The notes beneath the pieces were generated by a model. That model made no database searches and was not told the DNA's origin. It saw only the letters and a program-made list of their open reading frames with translations. Positions 19,907-28,646 of a stretch of DNA of 64,000 bases are shown piece after piece. This stretch comes from an uncultured delta proteobacterium (GTDB taxonomy: Bacteria; Desulfobacterota; Zymogenia; Zymogenales; Zymogenaceae). A program made the translations under genes and the position numbers. The stretch covers positions 32,001-96,000 of the forward strand of contig CAWBYW010000018.1 in the NCBI GenBank assembly GCA_963792965.1. The letters run 5' to 3'. The stretch's first letter is position 1. Each line of letters begins with the position of its first letter.

Positions 19907-20246
19907 TTTTAATATTGTCTCCGGTAATTGTTGCCTTTCTGTTGCTACCATCTCCTTATTACCTAATGCTTCAATTATTCCGCCGACAGTAGTTTCTTTT
20001 ATTATGCCGAGTAAAAGCCAAGTTTCCCTATCAAAGAAACAGGTTCCAATCGGAATGTAAAAGTATCCATGCAGCAGGTACGATTCCTTTCTCATCGTAC
20101 CTCGTGTTGTAGTAGCTATACAAAATAGACATCTGTCTTCTGAATTAGTACCTGTATTGTTTAGTATTACTATATATTTGGGAGTTATATTACCATTTTC
20201 ATGTTCGAAATTCCTACAAAGAAGTATCTGTCCCTTTATGAGACTA

Positions 20247-20830
20247 TCAACTCTTAAAACCAAAAAAGCTCTCCAGTTCCTTAGAGGCACGCATCTGCTC
20301 TAAAGCAAAATCCCTATCAACAAGAGATTCATCATCAATAGCAAGCATAAAATCAATATATGCTTTATCTCCTTTAGTTCGTCTTGTTACGTCCCAAGGT
20401 GCGTTCTTAAGATGGGTTGCATTACTCATGTCTTCACCCGTAGCGTCTTTGAATACCTCTGAAACCCACTCAAGTATCTTAATTTCACGCTTTGAAAATA
20501 CCGACGTATTCGGAGACTTTGTACAACTGAATCTTATCCCTTTAACCTTCCCAGTTAATTCATCTCTTTCCTTGATATAGGTCTTTAGTAGCTGTTGCGG
20601 TGGATTATCATTTAATAATTCAAAGTAGAATTTCTTAGGCACGGGGCCAAAATTCCATGCATAATATTCTAAATCAGTTACAGATTTTCCAACTTCCTTG
20701 AAATTAAGGAAGTCAAGATAGTAAAGCAACTTAAACATCTTCGTTTGATAAAGTTTCTTTTTGTTTGTGTGTCTGCAAAAGTAAAGGACACATTTACCCT
20801 TTTTTCTTTTGCCGTGTCAACCAGTTTCAT
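20247..20830 (-). CDS. Panacea-domain (DUF4065/SocA-like) antitoxin; frameshift near 20790
   Basis: KMFKLLYYLD...Y.AW.FGPVP...SNATH...PW signature. The N-terminus MKLVDTAKKKRVN..VLYFC lies upstream, next to an A-rich run. Confidence 0.82.
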
Positions 20831-20845
20831 TGTATATTCTTCTGC

Positions 20846-21052
20846 CTAAAGACTTCTTCCATATAATAATACTCGCTCACCGCCTATCTTATCAAGGAAA
20901 CGAGCGAGTTTTTCACCGTCTGTCATTCTACTGGTATTCCGCCTGAATGAGAACTCATTACAGTATCGGAGAAGGTAAGATTTTAATATCTTCTAGAATA
21001 TACCATGAGCCCCATGTTTGAGTAAAGAGAAATATGACACTACCGTATTCAT
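20846..21052 (-). pseudogene. IS1595-family transposase C-terminal remnant
   Basis: NTVVSYFSLLKHGAHGIF*KILKSYLLRYCNEFSFRRNTSRMTDGE resembles the IS1595 N...F..LK...G..H...L.RY..EF.FR.N tail. In-frame TAG; N-terminus absent. Confidence 0.7.
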
Positions 21053-21138
21053 AAAGAAAAGGCGGTCAAGCCCTCTTTTGGCCCTTATCTCTGTATCCTT
21101 CCGGGTATCTATCCCCCAAATTAAGTTTACCAAGTTTC

Positions 21139-21200
21139 AAACTTTCCAAACTTAATTTGGTGTATACCAACCCCAAACGACTGCCAATCCCCTTAGCCCA
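21139..21200 (+). repeat. 62-bp direct repeat, copy 1 (copy 2 at 23468-23529)
   Basis: 58 of 62 positions identical by manual alignment. Overlaps the CCAAATTAAGTTT...AAACTTAATTTGG palindrome. Confidence 0.85.
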
Positions 21201-21531
21201 GATTGCCACGCCCCTTCGCTCCTCGCAATGACGAGTGGGGTCTACGGTCGGAAGGTCAGGAAAGACCCCTATAGAGGTGGGGTATCTATGAGTTCTCCCC
21301 TTTACAGGCAGTCCTTCCTACCCCTCCAGGGTCTTCTACCTCCCACACTCCCCATACCCTAATCACTACTATTAATATATAGTATAGTATATATATGTGT
21401 GTATATACGATATAGTAAGGATACGTCCGTAGGGTTACATCGGTCTTATAGGGACGTATCCACCGTACCCTGTACGCTACCCTATCCATCCCACCCACAC
21501 ACCGTTACAGGAGCAGCACGTGTTAGAACCC

Positions 21532-21602
21532 GTAGGGGCTCGACTTGTCGTGCCCGTACCAGACAGCGATTTCCTTGCGGACACCACAAGTGGTGTCCCT
21601 AC
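21532..21602. repeat. REPIN-like inverted pair of GTAG REP elements
   Basis: GTAGGGGCTCGAC..GTCGTGCCCGT followed by CGGACACCAC-AA-GTGGTGTCCCTAC. The same two elements recur in swapped order at 23734-23848. Confidence 0.65.
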
Positions 21603-21689
21603 AAGAGACAACCGGTCCCCTTCTTCCCTCTTTCCCCTTCTCCATCGGGGCCCCATAAACGAAGATCTATCGGGTGACGGTACTACACG

Positions 21690-21735
21690 CCAAATTAAGT
21701 TTACTAAGTTTCAAACTTTACAAACTTATTTTGGC
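21690..21735. repeat. Second copy of the AAGTTT/AAACTT iterated palindrome
   Basis: CCAAATTAAGTTTACTAAGTTTCAAACTTTACAAACTTATTTTGG, nearly identical to 21116-21160. Confidence 0.85.
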
Positions 21736-21819
21736 CTATAACCCCCCACCCCACTAAAAACACTCTTCCCCCGCTCATAAATTCGATACCTTTACCCCCC
21801 GCCGGGTACAATCGTACCC

Positions 21820-22086
21820 ATGACAACCGACTACCATAACCGAGACGTCCTCCCCTTCTGCCCCTTCTGCAAACACCTCTCCGAGGTCGGCCGGCCCGTC
21901 GGCGGCCACGTCCAGTTTTTCGGAGACTATCTCCATTTCTTTGTATTCCGGGGCACGCTCTACTATTCCCGCCTGGCAGAGTGCATCACCTGCCGGAGGA
22001 CCTACGTCTTCTTTGGGACCTACGGCGGCTACCTGAAGGGGGAGGGCCTCTACTGGCCGTTCCCCGAAGTAATCCCAAACAAGTAG
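21820..22086 (+). CDS. Small putative zinc-finger protein
   Basis: CPFC...CITC motif pair; ends 14 nt before the next ATG, with AGGAG in between. Confidence 0.6.
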   Translation: MTTDYHNRDVLPFCPFCKHLSEVGRPVGGHVQFFGDYLHFFVFRGTLYYSRLAECITCRRTYVFFGTYGGYLKGEGLYWPFPEVIPNK

Positions 22087-22100
22087 GAAAGGAGCACCAG

Positions 22101-23324
22101 ATGGTGGATGAAAAAGAGCGCCACCTCACGCTGGACGAGCGCCGGGAGGCCGAAAAGGTCGAGCAGCTCATCGGCGATACCGGCTTCATCGAGCGCTACG
22201 TGAACTACGCGCGCGAGCTGACCGACGCCCCCCTCATCTTTCACTTCTTCAACGCCCTGGCGATCCTCGGGGCCGCCGTGGGGCGGCGCACCTACATCCC
22301 CTGGGGCCAGAACAACATCTACCCCAACCTCTGGGTGATCCTGCTTGCCGCCTCCACCAACTACCGCAAGACCACGAGCCTGCGCATCGCCGAGTCTATC
22401 CTGCGCGGGCGCGACAAGGGCCTGGTCTTCCCCAACGAGTTTACGCCGGAGTCGCTTCTCAGGCAGCTGTCGCGCACGCCCTGCGGGATGCTGTCGCTTG
22501 ACGAGTTCGGGCTCTTCTTGACCTCCACGAAAAAGGAATACATGCGCGGCGTGGCTGAGATCCTCACGACGCTCTACGACTGCCCGCCCGAGTACAACAA
22601 GGAGATCATGAGCGGCTCGATATCGATCGAGCTCCCGTTCATCTCGATCCTTGCCACCTCCACCATCGACTGGCTGACGGCCAACGTCAACGAAAAGGAC
22701 ATCCGGGGAGGGTTCCTGGGGAGGTTCCTCTTGGTGCCGTCGTGGGTCAAGTACGGGTGGCTGGCCATCCCGCCGGAAAAAAACATCGAGATCGCAAAGA
22801 AGCTCTCGGAGTGGCTGGGCGAGATCGCCATGGACATCATTTACCCCAAGACCTACCTTTCCGAGGACGCGCAGGATGTTTTCGTCGAGTGGCTCAAGGA
22901 ACACGAGGACGACCTGAGCGCGCGGAGCGAGACCTGCGCGATGCTCTTTTCCCGGATGCCTTCAAACCTCCTCAAGATCGCGCTGATCATCCACCTTGCG
23001 GGCACGCGCGGACCCAGCATCGGGGAGGCGAGCGTGAGGGCCGCCATCGGCGTCATCGAGCTCCTCAAGCCGCGTTACGAGCGGCTCATCGAGCGGGAGT
23101 TCACCTTCACGCGCTTCGAGGACCACAGGAAGAAGGTGCTGGACATCATCGGCAGCAACCAGGACGGCATCACGCGCTCCTCCCTGATGTTCCTTTCCAA
23201 GCTCAAGAAGCGGCGGCTGGACGAGGTGCTGGAGACGCTGATCGAGGAGGAGAGCATCGGCGTGAAGAAATTCAACGCCGGCGGCGTGCGCGACCGGACG
23301 GTGTACCAGCTGCTGGACAGGTAA
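22101..23324 (+). CDS. DUF3987 (YfjI-like) P-loop protein related to phage/plasmid primase-helicase modules, with C-terminal winged-helix-like region
   Basis: IYPNLWVILLAASTNYRKTT (Walker A-like), TPESL, LDEF (Walker B-like), LYD, GFLGRFL. ATG at 22101 follows AGGAG. Confidence 0.78.
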   Translation: MVDEKERHLTLDERREAEKVEQLIGDTGFIERYVNYARELTDAPLIFHFFNALAILGAAVGRRTYIPWGQNNIYPNLWVILLAASTNYRKTTSLRIAESILRGRDKGLVFPNEFTPESLLRQLSRTPCGMLSLDEFGLFLTSTKKEYMRGVAEILTTLYDCPPEYNKEIMSGSISIELPFISILATSTIDWLTANVNEKDIRGGFLGRFLLVPSWVKYGWLAIPPEKNIEIAKKLSEWLGEIAMDIIYPKTYLSEDAQDVFVEWLKEHEDDLSARSETCAMLFSRMPSNLLKIALIIHLAGTRGPSIGEASVRAAIGVIELLKPRYERLIEREFTFTRFEDHRKKVLDIIGSNQDGITRSSLMFLSKLKKRRLDEVLETLIEEESIGVKKFNAGGVRDRTVYQLLDR

Positions 23325-23328
23325 GCAT

Positions 23329-23967
23329 CACCTCACGAAGCAGGCTTCGCGGGGGCCCCGGTAGAGAGGGAAAGCTCGTAATGACGGTGGGGTGGGGTTC
23401 CTTTCCTGTCTTCTCCCCTCTCCCGACGGGGCCCCCAAAAATGCTTGCATTTTTGGGGTGTCCTTGTAAACTTTCCAAACTTAATTTAGCGTATAACAAC
23501 CCCAAACGACTACCAATCCCCTTAGCCCATCCCCCACGGGACAATCACCCCAAAAAGCAGGCTTTTTCGGGGCCCCGATCCCACCCGCTCTTCCCCACAG
23601 CGAAGAAAAGGGGGACCGGGCGGCTCGCAGACGGAAAGGATAGCCAATGTTAGGCCTCTGCTCGTAATGGCAGTGAAACGAATGTTCTTCCCGACGAGGC
23701 CCCCAAAAATGCTTGCATTTTTGGGGTGTCACTCGGACACCACATGTGGTGTCCCTACGGGTTGGTGAACCGGCGATTCAGGTAAGGACGCGTCGATTGA
23801 GCAACACGCCTGTTAGAAACCGAGGGGGCTCACATGTCGTGCCCGTCCTAAAAAAGTCTTCTTTATACCGGGCGGCATATATGCCGCCCCTAGGGTTCAA
23901 ACTCGTCCTCGCTCTCTTCTCCCTCTTCTCTCTCGACGAGCCCCCACGAAGCCTGCTTCGTGGGGTG
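23329..23967. repeat. Cluster of five GGGCCCCC-[hairpin]-GGGGTG elements in alternating orientation
   Basis: Copies at 23329(-), 23424(+), 23546(-), 23692(+) and 23934(+). Confidence 0.8.
23468..23529 (+). repeat. 62-bp direct repeat, copy 2
   Basis: Matches 21139-21200 with 4 substitutions. Confidence 0.85.
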
Positions 23968-23972
23968 TTATC

Positions 23973-24014
23973 GGTGAAGATTGCACCACCCCATGGGGCA
24001 AAACGAACCACGGG
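23973..24014 (+). promoter_or_regulatory. Putative enhancer (UAS) for a sigma54 activator
   Basis: TTGCACCAC-CCC-ATGGGGCAAAACGAACCACGGG, repeated at 30106-30139. Confidence 0.75.
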
Positions 24015-24207
24015 CCTTTTCGTCATCCCACGCCCGGACGCTCCCGCCATAAAATCCGCCCGATATCGTCAGGCAATTCGTCCCCTCCGGGCCACCCTCT
24101 ATATATAAGACCCATATTCCGTAACGATTTCATCGAAAATCAGGCTCCCCGCGTCCCCACGACCCTCCCTTCCCCCGCACCTGTCCGACCTTTTCAATTA
24201 AATATCT

Positions 24208-24223
24208 TGGCACATGAATTGCT
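24208..24223 (+). promoter_or_regulatory. sigma54 (-24/-12) promoter
   Basis: TGGCAC-ATGAA-TTGCT. Confidence 0.85.
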
Positions 24224-24262
24224 AAATAATAACTATGTGGTAAAATATTCAGGTGAACGCGG

Positions 24263-24643
24263 ATGCCGACAGGCAGTGAATTAAGAAGGCTGTTGGTGCT
24301 CGACGACGACCCGGCCTCCCAGGCCCACATCGAGGAGGTCTTTGCGGCGGACAAGCTGGCCATCGACTTCTGCAGCCGGCTGGCCGAGGCGGTCAGGTCG
24401 GCCAGAGACCACGGGTGCTTTTGCGGCATCGTGGACGTGGGGATCTGCGACACCCCCTGGGAGCAGGCGGTGGATATCCTCAAGGCGGTGGACGACACGC
24501 TCCCCATCATCCTGACGGCCTCACACAACACGCGGGAGCTGGAGACCAAGGTGCGCGAGCAGCAGATCTTCTATTACTACATCAAGTCGTTCGACACCGA
24601 GGAGCTGCGGCTCGCGGTGCTGGAGGCGATGCGGCGCCCGTGA
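24263..24643 (+). CDS. Single-domain response regulator
   Basis: LVLDDD, IVD phosphoacceptor, ILT and YIK receiver motifs. Confidence 0.8.
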   Translation: MPTGSELRRLLVLDDDPASQAHIEEVFAADKLAIDFCSRLAEAVRSARDHGCFCGIVDVGICDTPWEQAVDILKAVDDTLPIILTASHNTRELETKVREQQIFYYYIKSFDTEELRLAVLEAMRRP

Positions 24644-24676
24644 GTGCCCCATGACCTCATTGTGGAGGGACGTCCG

Positions 24677-25872
24677 GTGAGCTGCGTACAGAAAAAGGGA
24701 CTGCTCACGCCCGCCGACACGTCGCCCGTGATCCTCGTCATCGAGGACGAGACGATCATGCGGGAGGCCTGCGCCGAGATCCTGCAGGGCGAGGGCTACC
24801 GGGTCGAGCTTGCCGACAACGGGACGACGGGCCTGGAGCTGACCAAATCCCTCTGCCCGGACCTGGTGCTCGTGGACATCCGCATGCCCGGCATCGAGGG
24901 CCTCGAGCTCCTGACCCTGATCGCCGAGGTCGACCCCGACATCATCACGATCGTCATCACGGGGTACGCCACCATCGAGTACGCGGTGCAGTCGATGAAA
25001 AACGGGGCCTACGACTTCCTCCCCAAGCCCTTCACCCCCGACGAATTGCGGCTCATCGTGAAGCGCGGGCTCGAAAAGAAAAGGCTCATCGCCGAGAAGG
25101 AGGACCTCGAGCGCGAAAAGAAGCACATGACCGAGTTCTTCATCTCCATCGTCTCCCACCAGCTCCAGTCCCCGCTGGCCGCGGTCAAGCAATACTTCGA
25201 GGTGATCCTCGGCGACCTTGCGGGGCCCGTCTCCCCCGAGACGCGCGACATGCTCGGCAAGGCCGACCGCCGGCTCGACGACCTGATCGTCCTCATCCAG
25301 GACTGGCTCTCCTTTGCCCGCTTCGACCCCGGCAAAGTCAGGGAGGGGTTTGCGCCCGTCGACATCGCTAAGGTCCTCAAACACCACCTCGAGTTCCTCG
25401 CCCCTCTCATCAGGGAGCGTCACATCGACGTTCGCCTGGATATCGACGAGAACGTCGGGGAGGTCTTCGGCGACGAGCGCTCGCTGGGCGAGGCCTTCTC
25501 CAACCTCATCAGCAATGGGGTGAAGTATAATCGCGGAAGGCGGGACGCTGCCATCTCGGTCACAAAAGAGGACGGGACCGGCGTTGTGCGCTTCGCGGAC
25601 ACGGGCCTCGGCATCCCCGAAAAGGACGTTCCCCTCATCTTCACCGAGTTCTTCCGGGCCAAAAGCGACGAGACGAAATCGATCAAGGGGACGGGGCTCG
25701 GGCCTTGCCATCGTCAAGAGGATCGTCGAGGCACACGGCGGGGACGGTCACGTTTGAGAGCGTCCACGGGAAGGGGAGCGTCTTCGCGGTACGGCTCCCC
25801 GATCATGGCACAAGACCGGGAAGGTGCCGGCGCCCAGAAGAAGGCCGCGGCGCCCGGAATTATGATATATAA
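24677..25872 (+). CDS. Hybrid REC-histidine kinase (frameshift near 25700)
   Basis: REC (VIEDE, LVDIRMP, LPKPF), H-box SHQLQSPL, N-box NGVKY, G1 DTGLGI. G2 GTGLG continues as LAIVKRIVEAHGG in another frame. Confidence 0.85.
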
Positions 25873-25910
25873 TATATCTCATGATCATGACCGATAATAA
25901 GGAGGATGCG

Positions 25911-26307
25911 ATGGAACAGGGCAAGAAAATACTCCTCGTTGACGATGACAGCGACTTTCGCGCGTCGACCAGGAAGATCCTTGAGTCCGGCGGCTACGTG
26001 GTCGTCGAGGCGGCCACGGGCCAGGAAGGGTTTGCGAAGGCGAAATCGGAAAGCCCGGATATCGGCCGTTATCGATATCATCATGGAAACCTTCAGCGAG
26101 GGCTTTAACCTCATCAAGAAGCTCTCCGAGGACGAGTCGACAAGGGGAATCCCGCGCATCGTGCTGACGACCCTCGGCCTCCAGCAGGAAGAGGACATGG
26201 TGTCGCCCGAGGAGCTCGGGACAAAATTCATCATCCAGAAGCCGGTGAAAAAGGACGAATTCCTCGCGATGGTCCGCGCCGCCCTCCCCCGGGACGCCTC
26301 AGGCTAA
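25911..26307 (+). CDS. Single-domain response regulator (frameshift near 26065)
   Basis: KILLVDDD joined to VIDIIME...IQKPV across two frames; GGAGG RBS. Confidence 0.8.
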
Positions 26308-26566
26308 GACCGACGAGCCCGGGGATGCCGGCTAAGGCACGTCCACGCGCCATCCTGAACAGGGACCGGACGCCCAGGGCCCGCCGGAAAAAGGCGGGCC
26401 CGATTCATGAGCCGGCCGCCCGCCGAGAGACCGTGTCGCACGACGCGTGCTACGCGCGGTCGTTTGTGCAAAATTCCCCTTGCCCGACAGACACGGTCAA
26501 AGGTATAATACTATTTCAACTTATTTTCACGACAAATAGTCCCAACAGCGGGGTAAAATTACCCAC

Positions 26567-28435
26567 ATGGTGAAAACCACCATACTCCCGGCGGGGCGCG
26601 AGATGTCTCCGTCCGACTACGAGTGGATCTTCCAGATGGGAGACAACGGCATCTTGCTGCTCTCCGAGGACTACCGGATCAAAAACGCCAACCGGATGGC
26701 CACAGAATTGACCGGCTACCCGTACGACGAGCTGATGGGCAAGGACTTCTCCACCCTGATAGACAAGGAGGGCCGCGATTTCCTCTTCGAGCTCTGCGAG
26801 GGGAGCCCCACTATCGAGAGCCGCCGATTCTGCATGGAGATGGAGCTCTTCACCTCGGGTGGCTCGGCCCGCCTGTTTGACGTCTGCGTGAGCACCGCCG
26901 CCGCCCCCGATAAGAAAAAGAAGATCGCCGTCTTCATCCGGGACCTCACCGAAAGGATCCTGATGGAAGACAGGATCCGCCAGACCAACGAGTTCTTGAC
27001 CTCGCTCATCGAAAGCTCGTACGACGGCATCATCGCGGCCGACATGAAGGGGACCATCATCATCTTCAACAAGGGCGCCGAAAACCTCCTCGGCTACAAA
27101 TCGGAGGACGTGATCGGGAAGATGAGCGCCACGGCCCTCTACCCGCCCGGGGTCGCCCAGGACATCATGAAGAAGCTCAGGGACGAAAAATTCGGCGGCG
27201 CCGGAAGGCTCTCGTCCCAGCGCTACGTCGGGCTCTCAAAGGACGGCCAGCCTATCCCGGTCATGCTTTCGGGCTCCCTCATCTACCAGGACGGCAAGGA
27301 GGCCGCCAGCGTCGGTTTTTTCTACGACTTGAGGGACGTATTGGCCGCCCAGCAGGATATCTTAGAGTCGGAAAAGAATTTCCACTACCTCTTCGAGACG
27401 GTGCGCCACGGCCTCTATATATCCAGCCGGGAGGGGAAGTTCATCGACTGCAACCAGACGCTGTTGGATATGCTCGGCTACCCGACCAAAGAGGAGTTCC
27501 TGGCCATGGACATCCCGCGCGACCTCTGGGTCGACCCCGCCGACCGCCTCGCCTTCCAGGAGGTGATCGAGCGCGACGGGTTCGTCAAGGACTACGAGGT
27601 CACGTTCAAGAAGAAAAACGGCCAGCCCATCGATGTCCAGCTGACCGCCCACACGAAAAAGGATCGGTCGGGCACCTGGTATCAGGGGCTCGTCATCGAT
27701 ATGACGGAGCGCAGGACGCACGAGCGGCAGATGCTCCAGTCTGCCAAGATGGCTTCCTTGGGCAAGCTTGCCGCCGGGGTCGCCCACGAGATCAATAACC
27801 CCCTCGGCGGGATCTTCGTCTACGCCAACCTCCTCAAGGAAAAGATGCCGCCGGATGACCCGCGGTCCGTCCATATCGAGAAGATTCTCAGGTCTGCCGT
27901 CCGCACGAAAGAGATCGTCAAGGGGCTCCTGGAGTTCTCGCGCCCCACCAAGTTCAATTTTGTTTCCACCAGTGTCACCACTGCGCTCGAAAACGTGCTG
28001 TCTCTGTTGGAACAGCAGGGATTTTTCTACCACATCATGATCACTAAAAAGCTCCTCGACAATCCCCCTCACGTGATCGCCGATCCGACCCAGCTTGAGC
28101 AGGTCTTCATGAACATCGTCATGAACGCGGCCGAGGCGATGCACGGGGATGGCTCCATCGAGGTCGCCACGGCATTGTCTGAGGACGGGGACTTTCTGGA
28201 CACGACCATTTCGGACACGGGCCCCGGCATCCCAGACGGCGACCTCGGGAGGATCTTCGAGCCGTTCTTCACCACAAAGGACCCCTCCTCGAAAGGCTCG
28301 TCGGGCACGGGGCTGGGCCTTGCCATCAGCTACGGCATTATCGAGAAGCACAACGGCGCCATCACGGTAAAGAGCGAGGTGGGCAAAGGCACCGCCTTCA
28401 CCGTCCGGCTGCCGGTTGAGGAGAAAAAGGGATAA
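26567..28435 (+). CDS. Cytoplasmic triple-PAS histidine kinase (NtrB-like)
   Basis: Three PAS repeats, AHEINNPL, NAAEA, DTGPGI, FEPFFTTK, GTGLGL; no TM segment. Confidence 0.93.
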   Translation: MVKTTILPAGREMSPSDYEWIFQMGDNGILLLSEDYRIKNANRMATELTGYPYDELMGKDFSTLIDKEGRDFLFELCEGSPTIESRRFCMEMELFTSGGSARLFDVCVSTAAAPDKKKKIAVFIRDLTERILMEDRIRQTNEFLTSLIESSYDGIIAADMKGTIIIFNKGAENLLGYKSEDVIGKMSATALYPPGVAQDIMKKLRDEKFGGAGRLSSQRYVGLSKDGQPIPVMLSGSLIYQDGKEAASVGFFYDLRDVLAAQQDILESEKNFHYLFETVRHGLYISSREGKFIDCNQTLLDMLGYPTKEEFLAMDIPRDLWVDPADRLAFQEVIERDGFVKDYEVTFKKKNGQPIDVQLTAHTKKDRSGTWYQGLVIDMTERRTHERQMLQSAKMASLGKLAAGVAHEINNPLGGIFVYANLLKEKMPPDDPRSVHIEKILRSAVRTKEIVKGLLEFSRPTKFNFVSTSVTTALENVLSLLEQQGFFYHIMITKKLLDNPPHVIADPTQLEQVFMNIVMNAAEAMHGDGSIEVATALSEDGDFLDTTISDTGPGIPDGDLGRIFEPFFTTKDPSSKGSSGTGLGLAISYGIIEKHNGAITVKSEVGKGTAFTVRLPVEEKKG

Positions 28436-28482
28436 GGATAATGACGTATCGCTTACAGGTGAGCGTATTACAGTTTCCCTCC

Positions 28483-28636
28483 GTCGGGGCCCCCACGAAG
28501 CCTGCTTCGTGGGGTGACGTTGGGCCCCCCGGAAAAGCGCAGCTTTTCTGGGGTACCTTGGGGGCCCCCGCGAAAATGGAGTTTTCGTGGGGTGACTCTG
28601 GGGCCTCCAAAGAAATGAAGTTTTTTTGGGGTGACA
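28483..28636 (+). repeat. Tandem array of four ~38-bp GGGCCCCC-[variable hairpin]-GGGGTGAC units
   Basis: Stems ACGAAG/CTTCGT, GGAAAAG/CTTTTCT, GCGAAAA/TTTTCGT and AAAGAAA/TTTTTTT sit inside conserved flanks. Confidence 0.85.
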
Positions 28637-28646
28637 TGGGGGGTGA

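Larger units (their letters stand above)
18624..20263 (-). pseudogene. Putative toxin (weakly PemK/MazF-like), interrupted near its 3' end by IS481
   Basis: TTG start at 20263 with GGAG RBS overlaps the antitoxin end. Removing the IS and one target copy restores ...ETILK|FTMERIFFRHLYLIG* (134 aa). Low GC. Confidence 0.6.

Noticed and set aside
21820-23324. Prophage or complete phage satellite
   Set aside because: No integrase, primase, terminase or structural genes are in view.
24120-24145. IHF sites between enhancers and sigma54 promoters (AACGATTTCA shared with about 30238)
   Set aside because: The position is plausible, but the match to WATCAANNNNTTR is too poor to call.
28483-28636. CRISPR array
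   Set aside because: The variable segments are only ~17-19 nt and self-complementary, the flanks are short and imperfect, and there are no cas genes. Reported as a different repeat type.
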